DNA of 64,000 nucleotides from Pseudomonadota bacterium (GCA_052387815.1 JBQTIU010000024.1:3028-67027); one strand, 5' to 3'; counted from the first letter of the stretch, positions 10,200-20,333 are shown. The notes: generated by a model from the letters alone, not told the origin. Translations and numbers: made by a program.

Positions 10200-11702
10200 C
10201 TACCGCATCAGGAGCAAAGACGGCACGGAAACGCACACGATGCGCGGGTCGGGAACGCTTACCTCATCGCGCTTGGTGACCAGGATGCCGAAGGGGGCGT
10301 TGTAGACGCTCTTTTCCAGGAAGGCGCGCAAGCCCAGCGTGTCCCGGAGCGGGTCGATTCGTTCCCGGTACTTCACTTCCATGGGTATCCGCCGCTCGCC
10401 GATCGTCAGCACGAAATCGACCTCGGGCTCCGCCGCCCGCTCGGGGAAATGCGCGAGATCGAGGTGCGGCAGGCTGCCCAGGAAATAGCCGACGGCGCTT
10501 TCGGCGAGATGCCCCGCGATGTCCGCGAGATGCGGCGACTCCTGCAGGCCGCCGGGGTCGAGCGGGACGACCTCTTGGAGCCAGCTGGCGCGCAAGCCAT
10601 GGTCGCAGAGGCACAGCTTGTGGTTGCCCTTGCGACGCTTGAGCCGCAGTTCCAGGGGATGGACCAGCGTGCGCAGCATCGCGCCATCGAGGAACCGCAA
10701 ATACGTGAGGATGCGCTGCCACCCGATGTCAGCCGCCAGCGCCTCCCTGATCTCGTTGACGAACACCGCTTGCCCCGGGCTCTGGCCGGCATAGCGGCAG
10801 GCCAGGCGGAACACCTCCTCCAAGAGCTGCGCATCGCGTCTGCGCCCCCGCTGCGCCATTCGCAGGTCATGCCGGATCGCCCGTTGGATGACCGTTTCGT
10901 TGAGTTGATCGGCCACTTCGGGCCACGGCACCTCGGCTCTCGCCTGCGCCATCGGGTAGCCGCCGCGCTCGGAAAATGCGGCGAACGCCCGATCGCGCGC
11001 TTGCCGGTGCGCGCGGCCGGAACTTTGCAAGTCGCGCCAGAACTCCTGCCGCAGCAGAGAGTCCAAGCCGTTTTCGGGCAGTCGAGATTCCAGTCGATCG
11101 CCGAATCGCAGGCCGGCGATCTCGCCCACCAGCAGCGTCCCCATCTCGACCTCGGTGATGCGGCCCGCGAGGCTGTCGCGTCCGGCCTCGATGCGCAGCG
11201 CCGAACTGCCAGTGACCAGGATTTTGATCGTGTGGTGATCGACCAGTGTCTTGAGTTGCGGCGCCCAGTCGGCGAGGTTCTGCACTTCGTCGAGGAACAG
11301 ATAGGCGCCCTGTCCGGACTGCGCCGCCTCGTTGAACGAGGCGCCAAGAACGCGGTCCTCGAACCAGCGCGCCATCGCCAGCACGGGGTCCGCGAGGCCG
11401 CGCAACGACGGCAGCTCGTCGAACTGGACCCGCAGGATGCGATGCGGCGCGACCGCCTCGCAAGAGGTCAAGTGCTCGATCAACTGCTGCTGCAAGGTGG
11501 TCTTGCCGACCTGCCGCGGCCCCCGCAGAACGGTGACGGGAGCAAGCCCGCTATGGAGTTTCTTGAGGGTGGTCGCGAAGGCCCAGCGGCGAAAGGCGGG
11601 CAGCACGGGACCGGGCTTGCCCTTCCACCACGGATTGGTTTGGCGAAGGAACTCGTCCACCGCCGGCGGCAGTCGTTCCCTGTCGAAGATGTCTCGTGCC
11701 AT
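10200..11702 (-). CDS. AAA-family ATPase with C-terminal DUF4143 (COG1373-like ATP-binding protein)
   Basis: Walker A motif GPRQVGKTT and Walker B motif YLFLDEVQ, with a C-terminal DUF4143-like region. The start is set at ATG 11702. The remaining N-terminal 344 aa of the 844-aa ORF are antisense to purH and were discarded. Confidence 0.7.
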   Translation of the reverse strand: MARDIFDRERLPPAVDEFLRQTNPWWKGKPGPVLPAFRRWAFATTLKKLHSGLAPVTVLRGPRQVGKTTLQQQLIEHLTSCEAVAPHRILRVQFDELPSLRGLADPVLAMARWFEDRVLGASFNEAAQSGQGAYLFLDEVQNLADWAPQLKTLVDHHTIKILVTGSSALRIEAGRDSLAGRITEVEMGTLLVGEIAGLRFGDRLESRLPENGLDSLLRQEFWRDLQSSGRAHRQARDRAFAAFSERGGYPMAQARAEVPWPEVADQLNETVIQRAIRHDLRMAQRGRRRDAQLLEEVFRLACRYAGQSPGQAVFVNEIREALAADIGWQRILTYLRFLDGAMLRTLVHPLELRLKRRKGNHKLCLCDHGLRASWLQEVVPLDPGGLQESPHLADIAGHLAESAVGYFLGSLPHLDLAHFPERAAEPEVDFVLTIGERRIPMEVKYRERIDPLRDTLGLRAFLEKSVYNAPFGILVTKRDEVSVPDPRIVCVSVPSLLLMR

Positions 11703-11722
11703 GGACGCGACTTCGTGTTGGC

Positions 11723-13309
11723 TCAATGCCGGAAATGCCGCATGCCCGTGAACACCATGGCGAGGCCGCTTGCATCGGCGGCGGCGATCACCTCGGCGTC
11801 GCGCAGCGAGCCGCCCGGCTGGATGAGCGCGGTGGCGCCCGCCTCGGCGCAGGCGATGAGGCCGTCGGCGAACGGGAAAAAGGCGTCGGAGGCGGCGACC
11901 GAACCCTTGCTGCGGGGCTCGTTCTCGCCGGCCTCGGTGGCCGCCGCGGCGGCCTTGAGCGCGGCCATGCGCGCCGCATCGAGCCGGCTCATCTGGCCGG
12001 CGCCGATGCCGACCGTCGCCCCGTCCTTGGCGAAGACGATGGCGTTCGACTTGACGTGCTTGGCGACCGTGAAGGCGAACAGCAGGTCGGCCGATTCCGC
12101 CGCGCTCGGCGCGCGCTTGGTGACGGTCTTGAGGTCGGACGGCTTGAGCCGGCCGGCATCGCGGCCTTGCACGAGCCAGCCGCCGGCGAGCGACCTCACG
12201 GCGAGGGCCGGCGCGCCCGGGTCGGGCATGGCGCCGGCCACCAGCAGGCGCAGGTTCTTCTTCTCGGCCAGGATGGCGAGCGCCGCCTGGTCGGCGGCCG
12301 GGGCGATGATCACCTCGAGGAAGATTTTGGCGATCTCGGCGGCCGTCGGCCCGTCGAGCGTCCGGTTCAAGGCGACGACGCCACCGAAGGCGCTTATGGG
12401 ATCGCAGGCGAGCGCCTTGGCGTACGCCTCGACCGGCCCCGCCCCCTGCGCCACCCCGCACGGATTGGCATGCTTGACGATCGCCGCCGCCGGCTGGTCG
12501 AACTCGGCCACCAGCTCGAAGGCCGCGTCGGCGTCGTTGAGGTTGTTGTAGCCGAGCTCCTTGCCCTGGACCTGACGCGCGCTGCCGACGCCCGGCCGCG
12601 CGCCGGCCGACGGACTGCCGGCGTAGAAGGCCGCGCCTTGATGCGGGTTCTCGCCGTAGCGCAGGACCTGCCGGAGCTCGCCCGCCAGTAAGAGGCGCCG
12701 CGGCCACGCCTCGCCGGTCGCCGCCCCCAACCACATCGCGATCGCCGCGTCATAGGCGCCGGTCCGCGCATAGGCCCGCGCCGCCAAGCTGCGGCGCAGC
12801 TCGAGGCCGATGGCGCCGCCCTTGGCGTCGAGCGCCGCCATCACTTCGCGGTAGTCCTCGGGGTCGATGACCACGACCACGAACTCGTGGTTCTTGGCGG
12901 CGGCGCGGATCAAGGCCGGCCCGCCGATGTCGATGGTCTCGATCGCGGTCGCGAAGTCCGCGCCCCCGGCGACCGCCGCCTCGAAGGGATAAAGGTTCGC
13001 CGCCACGAGGTCGATGGGAGTGATGGCGTGGGCCTGCATCTCGCTTCCGTGCTCGGGGTTGTTGCGCCGGCCCAGGATGCCGCCGTGAATGGCGGGATGC
13101 AGGGTCTTGACGCGGCCATCCAGGATCTCGGGAAACCCGGTATGACGGCTGACCTCGACGACCGGCACGCCGGCTTGGGCGAGCGCCCGGGCCGAGCCGC
13201 CGGTCGACAGGATTTCGGCGCCGTGCCGGACCAGACAGCGGGCGAGATCGACGAGGCCGGTCTTGTTGGAGACCGAGAGCAGCGCCCGGCAAATCCTGAT
13301 GTCGGTCAT
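11723..13309 (-). CDS. purH: bifunctional AICAR transformylase / IMP cyclohydrolase
   Basis: Full-length PurH signature: MGS-like domain [13 protein letters not shown] followed by the AICARFT domain (KHANPCGVA...). The start is the MTDIRI ATG at 13309. Confidence 0.95.
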   Translation of the reverse strand: MTDIRICRALLSVSNKTGLVDLARCLVRHGAEILSTGGSARALAQAGVPVVEVSRHTGFPEILDGRVKTLHPAIHGGILGRRNNPEHGSEMQAHAITPIDLVAANLYPFEAAVAGGADFATAIETIDIGGPALIRAAAKNHEFVVVVIDPEDYREVMAALDAKGGAIGLELRRSLAARAYARTGAYDAAIAMWLGAATGEAWPRRLLLAGELRQVLRYGENPHQGAAFYAGSPSAGARPGVGSARQVQGKELGYNNLNDADAAFELVAEFDQPAAAIVKHANPCGVAQGAGPVEAYAKALACDPISAFGGVVALNRTLDGPTAAEIAKIFLEVIIAPAADQAALAILAEKKNLRLLVAGAMPDPGAPALAVRSLAGGWLVQGRDAGRLKPSDLKTVTKRAPSAAESADLLFAFTVAKHVKSNAIVFAKDGATVGIGAGQMSRLDAARMAALKAAAAATEAGENEPRSKGSVAASDAFFPFADGLIACAEAGATALIQPGGSLRDAEVIAAADASGLAMVFTGMRHFRH

Positions 13310-13502
13310 TCGGGTTCGCCTCACGGAAACGGAGAAAAAGATTCACCGCAGAAGGCGCGGAGGGGATGGCGATGAAATCGCGATCCCGGACAGCGCAGCG
13401 GGGATGATTGCGGCGCTTCGCGCCGCGATGCTTTTCTCCGCGACCTCTGCGCTTCGCGGCGTCCTTCGCGGTAAAATTCCGTGTCGCCGCCGCCCCGGCC
13501 GA

Positions 13503-15431
13503 TCAGTCGGCCGCGCGCGCAGGTTCGCCCGCCGGGGCGGCGGCGCGGAACTCGGGCACCAGCCGTTGCAGCACGGCGCGGGTCGCCGGCTCGTCGCCGG
13601 AGCGCGCGCTCGCTTCGAGCTCGTCGAGCGCGCGGGCGATGAGGGCGTAATCGGCGGTGCGCGGGCTCGCCAACAAGACGCCCTTGACCGCCGTCGGTTG
13701 CAGCGCTTCGGCGGCGTGGAACAGCTCCTCTTTCAGCTTCTCGCCGGGTCGCAGCCCCGTGAACACGATGCCGATGTCGCGATCGGGCCGCAAGCCCGCG
13801 AGCCGGATCATCTGCCGCGCGAGGTCGAGAATGCGGACCGGCTGGCCCATGTCGAGGACGAAGATACGGCCGCTCGATTGCGCCTCGCTGGCGCCGAGCG
13901 CCGAGGCCTGCAGGACGAGCTCGACCGCCTCGCGGACGGTCATGAAATAGCGCTCGACATCGGGATGGGTGACGGTGAGCGGCCCACCGGCGCCGAGCTG
14001 GCGCTGGAACAGCGGCACCACCGAGCCGGTCGAGCCCAGGACGTTGCCGAACCGCACGGTCACGAACCGGGTGCGCCCGCCATCCGCCGGCTGGGCGAGG
14101 CCGAGCGCCTGGCAGGTGTTCTCCGCCAAGCGCTTGGTGGCGCCCATGACGCTCGCCGGATTGACCGCCTTGTCGGTCGACACCAGCACCATCGCCGCCA
14201 CGCCCGCCGCCCGGCAGGCCTCGGCGACGTTGCGCGTGCCGAGGGTGTTGGTCAGCGCCCCCTCGCACGGGTTCGCCTCGACCATCGGCACGTGCTTGAG
14301 GGCGGCGGCGTGGAAGACCAGTTCGGGTCGCTCCTCGGCAAGGAGGGCGGCGATGCGCTCGCGGGCGCGGACATCGGCGAGGATGGCGCGGCGCGGGAAG
14401 GGCTTGCGCCGCTCGCCGAGTTCGAGATCGATCGCATAGAGGTTGAACTCCGAATTGTCGACGAGGACCATTCGCGCCGGGCCAAGTTCGGCCACCTGGC
14501 GCACGAGCTCGGCGCCGATCGTGCCGCCGGCGCCGGTGACCATGACTCGCCGTCCGGCGATCAACCGCTCCATGGCCGAGCGGTCGAGCACGGTCTGCGG
14601 CCGGCCGAGCAAGTCCTCGATGTCGATGGGCCGGACCTCGATCTTGTCGGCCGCGGCGGCGCGGAATTCGGTGAGCTGCGGCAGCCTGGCGACGCTGATC
14701 CCCAGGCGGTCGGCGGCCTCGACCAGGCGCCCGAGCGCCAGCCCGGCGATCTCGGACTTGGCGACGATCAGGCGCTGCGGGGTGAGGTTCCGCGCCGCCA
14801 AACGCTCGACCACCGCCGCAAGGTCGTCGAGCCCGCCCAGCACCTCGTGCCCGCCGAGCCGCCGCCCCACCTGGTAGCTGGCATCGTCGAGGATCCCGAC
14901 CACGCGGTACTCGGCGTAGTCCTTGTGGGCCATCGCCTGGATGAACATCTCGGCGTTGTCGCCCGCGCCGACCAACACCACCTTGACGCGGCGGTCGCGG
15001 CTCGGGTCGTAGGTCAGGTCGAAACGGCCGTCCTTGACCAGCCGGTAGATCACCCGGGGCGCCGACAGCAGGATGATCAGCGCCAGCCAGTTGATGACGA
15101 TCAGCGAGCGCGGCACCTCCTGGAGCCGGGTGACCAGGAACATGGCGGGGAGGAAAATCAGGATGATGAGCGTCACCGCCTGGGCGATCGTCACCAGGTC
15201 GTTGATCGAGGCGTAGCGCCACATGCCGCGGTAGAGGCCCATCCGCCACAGCACCGCCGCCGCAACCAAGGTGAATAGCCCGGTCCCGAGCACGATGAAT
15301 TCCTTGGGATAGGTGAAGACATCGCCGCCGACCCGCAAGTACATCGCCGCGACGAACGAGGCCGCCGCCATGGCAACGTCATGGGCAAAGGCGATGCGCG
15401 GACGGGTCAGGCCGGGAAGGGCGAAGCGCAT
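13503..15431 (-). CDS. membrane-anchored UDP-GlcNAc 4,6-dehydratase (CapD/WbpM/PglF family)
   Basis: N-terminal transmembrane segments followed by two Rossmann motifs (VLVGAGDNA; VMVTGAGGTIGAEL), as in the PglF/WbpM polysaccharide-biosynthesis proteins. Confidence 0.85.
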   Translation of the reverse strand: MRFALPGLTRPRIAFAHDVAMAAASFVAAMYLRVGGDVFTYPKEFIVLGTGLFTLVAAAVLWRMGLYRGMWRYASINDLVTIAQAVTLIILIFLPAMFLVTRLQEVPRSLIVINWLALIILLSAPRVIYRLVKDGRFDLTYDPSRDRRVKVVLVGAGDNAEMFIQAMAHKDYAEYRVVGILDDASYQVGRRLGGHEVLGGLDDLAAVVERLAARNLTPQRLIVAKSEIAGLALGRLVEAADRLGISVARLPQLTEFRAAAADKIEVRPIDIEDLLGRPQTVLDRSAMERLIAGRRVMVTGAGGTIGAELVRQVAELGPARMVLVDNSEFNLYAIDLELGERRKPFPRRAILADVRARERIAALLAEERPELVFHAAALKHVPMVEANPCEGALTNTLGTRNVAEACRAAGVAAMVLVSTDKAVNPASVMGATKRLAENTCQALGLAQPADGGRTRFVTVRFGNVLGSTGSVVPLFQRQLGAGGPLTVTHPDVERYFMTVREAVELVLQASALGASEAQSSGRIFVLDMGQPVRILDLARQMIRLAGLRPDRDIGIVFTGLRPGEKLKEELFHAAEALQPTAVKGVLLASPRTADYALIARALDELEASARSGDEPATRAVLQRLVPEFRAAAPAGEPARAAD

Positions 15432-15453
15432 GGCTGGGTCGGTCTTGACACGA

Positions 15454-16971
15454 CTACGCGAGCCCCGCCTGCCGCGCCAGCATTCGGGCGCAGTGCAGGC
15501 GCTCGATCACGCCGCAGATGTAGTCGATCTCGGCATCCGTCAGGCTCAGCGCGGAGGGCAGAGACAGGCCGTTCGCCGACAGATACGTGGCGGCCGGCAT
15601 GGCGCGGTTGCCGGCATGGGCCAGGTAGGGCGGCATGGCGTGGAGCGGATAGAACAGCGGCCGGGATTCGATGCCGGCCTTCTCCAGCCGGGCCATGAAC
15701 TCATCGCGCGAGATGCCGAGGCGCCGCATGTCGCAGATGATCGAAAACGCCCAGAAGCTGTTGACGAGGCCCTCGATCTCGGCCGGAAGGACCAGTCCCT
15801 CGATCGCCCGCATCCCATTGCGATAGCGCCCGGCGATGCGAAGCTTGGTCGCCAGCAGGCGGTCGAACGCTTCGATCTGGGCGCAGCCGATCGCCGCCTG
15901 CAGGTTGGTCAGCCGGTAATTGTAGCCGATTTCGGTGTGCCAGTAGCGCCGCTTCGGGTCCATCCCGTGGTCGCGCAAGATCCGCGCCCGCTCGGCCGCG
16001 GCCCCATCGCGGAACACAGCCATGCCACCCTCGCCGGTGGTGAGCAGCTTGTTCGAGAAGAAGCTGAATGTCCCGGCCTGCCCGATCGACCCGCAGGCGC
16101 GGCCGCGGTGGGACGAGCCCACCGCCTCGGCCGCGTCCTCGATGACCAGCAGCCGGTGTCGGAGGGCGAGCGCCATGATCGCGTCCATGTCGGCGGGCTG
16201 GCCGTAGAGGTGGACTGGAACGATCGCCCGGGTGCGCGCCGACAGCGCCCCCGCGACGGAAGCGGGATCGATGTTCCAGGTGCCGGGGTCGACATCGACG
16301 ATGATCGGCGTGGCGCCGGCATGGATGACGGTGTTGATCGTGGCCGCGAAGGTGAGGTCGGGGACGATGACCTCGTCGCCCGGCCCGATGCCGAGCGCCA
16401 CCAACGCCAGGTGCAGCGCCGCCGTGCCGTTGGCGACCGCCACCGCGTGCGGGGCCCCGATGAGATTGGCGAAATCGGCCTCGAAGCGGCGCACAAACGC
16501 GCCTTGCGAGGAGATCCAGTTGGTCGCCAGGCACTCGTTGACGTATTTGCTTTCGTTGCCGGTGAGCACCGGCTCGGCCACCGGGATGCGCCGGCGCCGC
16601 GCGGGCGAGATCACATCGATGGGGCGGCGCTCATCGTCGATCAGCGGCACGACCGCGCCCGATCCGTTGATCGTGCGCGCGATGGCGGCCGGCCCGGCAG
16701 CTTCCGGCAGGGCCTCGGGCTCGCGCTGCATGGCGTCCTCGACCGGGGCGGCGAGCGATCCGCCCTGGGCGAGCCAATGGGCAATGCCGCGCGCATCGAG
16801 CCGTCCCGCGAGTCGACCCGCGCCATCGACCGCGAAAACGAGCCCGAGCCCGTTGCGATCGCCGCACTTGAGCGCCGTCAAGACCGGATCGGCGACATTG
16901 ACCAGGACGCCGTCAATCGACATGGATGGAGAACCCTGCAATGCACCCAACCGGCTCATTTCAGCAAACAT
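15454..16971 (-). CDS. CBS-domain-fused DegT/DnrJ/EryC1 family sugar aminotransferase (PglE-like)
   Basis: About 120 aa of N-terminal CBS-pair sequence, then the PLP aminotransferase core (VANGTAALHLAL...FSFFSNKLLTTGEGG), with the lysine in the SNK context. Confidence 0.8.
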   Translation of the reverse strand: MFAEMSRLGALQGSPSMSIDGVLVNVADPVLTALKCGDRNGLGLVFAVDGAGRLAGRLDARGIAHWLAQGGSLAAPVEDAMQREPEALPEAAGPAAIARTINGSGAVVPLIDDERRPIDVISPARRRRIPVAEPVLTGNESKYVNECLATNWISSQGAFVRRFEADFANLIGAPHAVAVANGTAALHLALVALGIGPGDEVIVPDLTFAATINTVIHAGATPIIVDVDPGTWNIDPASVAGALSARTRAIVPVHLYGQPADMDAIMALALRHRLLVIEDAAEAVGSSHRGRACGSIGQAGTFSFFSNKLLTTGEGGMAVFRDGAAAERARILRDHGMDPKRRYWHTEIGYNYRLTNLQAAIGCAQIEAFDRLLATKLRIAGRYRNGMRAIEGLVLPAEIEGLVNSFWAFSIICDMRRLGISRDEFMARLEKAGIESRPLFYPLHAMPPYLAHAGNRAMPAATYLSANGLSLPSALSLTDAEIDYICGVIERLHCARMLARQAGLA

Positions 16972-16980
16972 TTGACCCTG

Positions 16981-17215
16981 TAGGGGCGGATCTCACGACC
17001 CGTCCGGGGGGGTCATAAACCCGCCCCTACGGAACCCGACGATATTGTCCTTGTAGGGGCCGGTTTGAAACCGGCCCGTTTCGAACCCGTCCGGGCGGGT
17101 CATAACCCCGCCCCTACGGAACCCGACGATATTGCCCTTGTAGGGGCCGGTTTGAAACCGGCCCGTTTCGAACCCCGTCCGGGCGGGTCATAAACCCGCC
17201 CCTACGGTCGCCGAT
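16981..17215. repeat. REP-like palindromic repeat array: 2 full units (87-88 bp) plus one partial unit (50 bp)
   Basis: Tandem units span 17031-17117 and 17118-17205, with a partial unit at 16981-17030. Each unit contains the nested inverted repeats GTAGGGGC..GCCCCTAC and GGCCGGTTT-G-AAACCGGCC. The array is intergenic within the minus-strand operon. Confidence 0.6.
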
Positions 17216-19380
17216 CCGGGGTCGAGGGGGAGCATGATCCGCTGGCCGGTTTCGAGCGCCTCGATGACGGCGATGGTGGCGAGGCTGGAGGCCACGAGCT
17301 CGCGTTCCTCGACCGGCGGCGGGCCGCCCGCGCGCACCACGGCGACGAACGCCTCGAGCTCGGCGCGGTGCCCCTTGTCCTGGCCGAGGCGGTCGCGCAT
17401 GGGCCGCGCCTTGCCGTCGACCACTAGCGTGAACTCGCGGAAATCCTCGATCCGCACCACGGTCCCGGCGGCATAGGCCTCGATCTGCTCCTTGGGGAAG
17501 GCCGGGTCGCCGAGCCCGGTATAGGCGATGGTGGCGAGGCTGCCGTCGGCGAACGCCAGCATCGCCGCGACGTCGTCGGCCGCTTCCGGGTCGCGCGCGG
17601 CCGAGGCCTGGACGGATGCGATCGGCGCGCCGGCGAGGAAAGCGGCGAGGTCGACGAAATGGCAGACTTCGCCGAGGATCCGGCCCTCGGCGGCGATCCA
17701 GCCTTCGCGGGGGCGGGGGCGGGGGCCGGCATTGATCCTGAGCACGAGAAAGCGCGGCCCCGGCCGCTTGGCGATGAGCTCGCGCGCCCGTATTGCCATC
17801 GGCGCGAAGCGGCGGTTGAAGCCAACCGTGAAAAAACCCGCCGAGGTCTCGCGCGCGCCGACCACGGCATTGAGCTCCTGGCGAGTGAGCGCCAGCGGCT
17901 TTTCGACGAACACCGCCTTGCCGCGCTCGAGCGCGCGCACGACCAGGTCGGCATGGCTCGAATGCGGCGTGGCGATGATCACCGCGTCGATCTCGGGGTC
18001 ATCGAACACGGCTCCGGCCTCGGTCGCGGCGGCGGCGAAGCCGAAGCGCGCGCGCGCGCTCTCGGCGCTCATGCCGCGGGTCGCGACCACGGTCTTGAGG
18101 GTGACGCCGGAAAGGTCCTTGAGCGCCGGCAGCAGCACCGCGCGGGCGAACGCGCCGGCGCCGATCAAGCCCACGACGCAACTCCCGCGCGCCTTCGGGG
18201 ACGACGAGCGCGCGCGCAACACCGGCACGCGCGCCGGCGGCGCCGCGGGCGGATAGTTGAGGACGACGCCCAGCGAGGGCTCGGGACGGTCGACGACCAG
18301 GGCATAGGCTTGCTCAGCCCGCGCGAAATCGAAGCGATGGCTGATCAGCGGTGCGACCTCGAGGCGCGCGCGGCGCCCTTTCGACATCAATCGGAGGCAG
18401 AGCGCGAGGTTGTCGGTCTCGGTCCAGCGCACGAAGCCGACCGGGTACTTGACGCCGCCCGCCTCGAACTCGTCGTCGTAGCGGCCGGGGCCGTAAGAGC
18501 GCGAGACGACGATCGACAGCTCCTTTTTCATGAACTCGCCGAACGGGAACTCGGTGCCGACCTTGCCCACGAGGCTGATGCGGGCGCGGTCGCGCGCGAT
18601 CTCGGCGGCGAGGACCATGGGCTCGTTGCCCTCGCTGGCGGCCGCGATCAGCACGCCGTCGGCGCCGCGCCCCTCGCTCGAGGCCATCACTGCGGACGCG
18701 ACCCCGCCTGCCGAGAGATCGAGCGCGAGCGCGGCGCCGAGCCGCTTGGCGAGCGCCAGGCGCCCCGGATCGGTATCGATCGCCACCACCTCGACCCCCG
18801 ACAGCGCCAAGAGCTGGACGGCGATCTGGCCGACCAAGCCGACGCCGAGGACGGCGACGACGTCGCCCAGGCAGGGCGCGAGGTTACGCACGCCGTGCAG
18901 CGCGATGGCGGCAACCGTGCCGAAGGCCGCCTCCTCGTCGCCGACGTCGTCGGGGATCGGCGCCGCGAGAGAGCGGGGGACGAGGTTGAACCCGGCGTGG
19001 TTGGCGGCGCCCGCGCCGGCGATGGCGACCCGCTGGCCGACCCGATACACGCCTTCCAGCCCGGCGCCCAGCTCGACGATCTCGCCGGCCGCCGAGTAGC
19101 CCAGCGCCATCGGCTCGTCGAGCCGCGCGCGCACCGCCCGCAAGGTCGCAAACAGGCCGTCGCGCCGCGCCTTGGCCAGCAACTTTTGCATCAGGTCCGG
19201 GCGCGATCGCGCCTTCACGGCCAGGTTCCGGCGCGCGAAATCGACCGCCATGCGCTCGGTGCCGGCGGAGATCAGCGAGGCGGCGGTGCGCACCAACAGG
19301 TGCTGCGCGCGCGCGCCGGGCGCCGGCACCTCGACGAGCGCGAGCTTGCCGGTGCGGGTGCTGTAAATGACTTGCTTCAT
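17188..19380 (-). CDS. two-domain oxidoreductase: zinc-type MDR alcohol dehydrogenase fused to a Gfo/Idh/MocA dehydrogenase
   Basis: The N-terminal half is MDR-like (MKQVIYST...GAGLVGQIAVQL). The C-terminal half is Gfo/Idh/MocA-like (VVGLIGAGAFARAVLLPAL...EKPLAL). The start at ATG 19380 makes an ATGA overlap with the upstream gene's stop, and an AAGGAG sits upstream of a nearby alternative ATG. Confidence 0.75.
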   Translation of the reverse strand: MKQVIYSTRTGKLALVEVPAPGARAQHLLVRTAASLISAGTERMAVDFARRNLAVKARSRPDLMQKLLAKARRDGLFATLRAVRARLDEPMALGYSAAGEIVELGAGLEGVYRVGQRVAIAGAGAANHAGFNLVPRSLAAPIPDDVGDEEAAFGTVAAIALHGVRNLAPCLGDVVAVLGVGLVGQIAVQLLALSGVEVVAIDTDPGRLALAKRLGAALALDLSAGGVASAVMASSEGRGADGVLIAAASEGNEPMVLAAEIARDRARISLVGKVGTEFPFGEFMKKELSIVVSRSYGPGRYDDEFEAGGVKYPVGFVRWTETDNLALCLRLMSKGRRARLEVAPLISHRFDFARAEQAYALVVDRPEPSLGVVLNYPPAAPPARVPVLRARSSSPKARGSCVVGLIGAGAFARAVLLPALKDLSGVTLKTVVATRGMSAESARARFGFAAAATEAGAVFDDPEIDAVIIATPHSSHADLVVRALERGKAVFVEKPLALTRQELNAVVGARETSAGFFTVGFNRRFAPMAIRARELIAKRPGPRFLVLRINAGPRPRPREGWIAAEGRILGEVCHFVDLAAFLAGAPIASVQASAARDPEAADDVAAMLAFADGSLATIAYTGLGDPAFPKEQIEAYAAGTVVRIEDFREFTLVVDGKARPMRDRLGQDKGHRAELEAFVAVVRAGGPPPVEERELVASSLATIAVIEALETGQRIMLPLDPGSATVGAGL

Positions 19381-20333
19381 CGCAAGGACCTGTTCTCCTT
19401 GTACCATGCGGCCGTGGCATCGAGGCCCTCGCGAACGGAAAAGGGCGGGGTCCAGGCGAGCGTGGCGCACCAGGAGCTCGGGTCGAGGGCGAGCGAGCCG
19501 GTCAGGCGCCAGGCCGCCTCCCCGCGCCCGGCGATGGCGCCGGCGAGGCGCAGCGATGCTGCGGGCGCGGCGAACAGGCGGGCCGGGCGGCCGAGCGCCT
19601 CGCGCAGGCGCTTGACGAGCTCGGACGTCGACAGGTCCTCGCCGTCGCCGATCAGCCAGGTCCTTCCCACCGCTTTGTCCGTGCCGAGCGAGCGGGCGAG
19701 CGCCGAGACGAGGTTGCCGAGATAAAGCAGGCTGCGACGGTTGTCGATGCCGCCCAGCGGCAGCGGCCAAGGGGTGTCGCAGAGCCGCAGCAGGTCGAGG
19801 AAATTCGCCCCCACCCCCGGCCCATAGACGAGCGGCGGGCGGACCACCGTCACCGCCAAGCCGGTGCGCCCGGAGATCTCGGCGAGCGCCCGCTCGGCCT
19901 CCCATTTCGAGACCGCGTAAGGACCCTGCGGGGCCGGCTTATCGTCGTCGCCAAAGGGGCGCGGGCTTTCCTCGCCCAGCACTTTGGCGGTCGAGACGAA
20001 GACGAACCGCTTGACGCCGCACGCCGCCGCCGAATCGGCGAGGCGCCTGGTGCCGGCGGCGTTGACGCGGCGGAATTCGACCAGCGGATCGGCGGCCGCA
20101 TCGCGCCCGATATGAACGCGGGCGGCGAGATGGATGACCGCCCACACGTTGTCGAGCCCCACCCGCCATTCGGTGTCGGGGCCGATCTCGCCGGCGACGA
20201 ACGGCCGGCCCGCCAGAGTCTCGGCGGGGCTGGCGCGCGTCGCGGCGACCACCTCGTAGCCGTCGGCCGCCAATTGGCGGCACAGCGCGCGGCCGATGAA
20301 GCCGTTGGCGCCGGTGACGAGGACGCGGCTCAG
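19377..20333 (-). CDS. NAD-dependent epimerase/dehydratase (SDR family)
   Basis: VLVTGANGFIGRAL Rossmann motif and a YxxxK region (YAVSK). There is no in-frame ATG; the reading frame opens at a CTG that forms a CTGA overlap with the upstream GT4 stop. See finding. Confidence 0.65.
   Translation of the reverse strand: MSRVLVTGANGFIGRALCRQLAADGYEVVAATRASPAETLAGRPFVAGEIGPDTEWRVGLDNVWAVIHLAARVHIGRDAAADPLVEFRRVNAAGTRRLADSAAACGVKRFVFVSTAKVLGEESPRPFGDDDKPAPQGPYAVSKWEAERALAEISGRTGLAVTVVRPPLVYGPGVGANFLDLLRLCDTPWPLPLGGIDNRRSLLYLGNLVSALARSLGTDKAVGRTWLIGDGEDLSTSELVKRLREALGRPARLFAAPAASLRLAGAIAGRGEAAWRLTGSLALDPSSWCATLAWTPPFSVREGLDATAAWYKENRSLR

Noticed and set aside
10200-12734. 844-aa ORF on the minus strand
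   Set aside because: Only the C-terminal 500 aa (the AAA/DUF4143 ATPase from ATG 11702) are coding. The N-terminal part is Arg/Gly/Pro-rich junk in an alternative frame of purH, which overlaps it on the same strand.
13310-13502. Possible ZTP (pfl) riboswitch in the purH 5' leader
   Set aside because: The reverse-complemented leader was read through. It lacks the conserved UGACUGGC / CCGGGG / CCGCCUGGGCA elements of the pfl motif, so no riboswitch can be supported.
13263-16983. Long ORFs 13263..15278 (+), 13321..15249 (-), 15313..16983 (+) and 15701..16534 (-)
   Set aside because: These are antisense or alternative-frame artefacts of the CapD-like and aminotransferase genes. Their translations are low-complexity.
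16981-17215. CRISPR array or tRNA-like element
   Set aside because: The repeats are contiguous with no spacers, so this is not a CRISPR array. The GTTCGAACCC stretch resembles a T-loop, but no cloverleaf or anticodon arm can be drawn.
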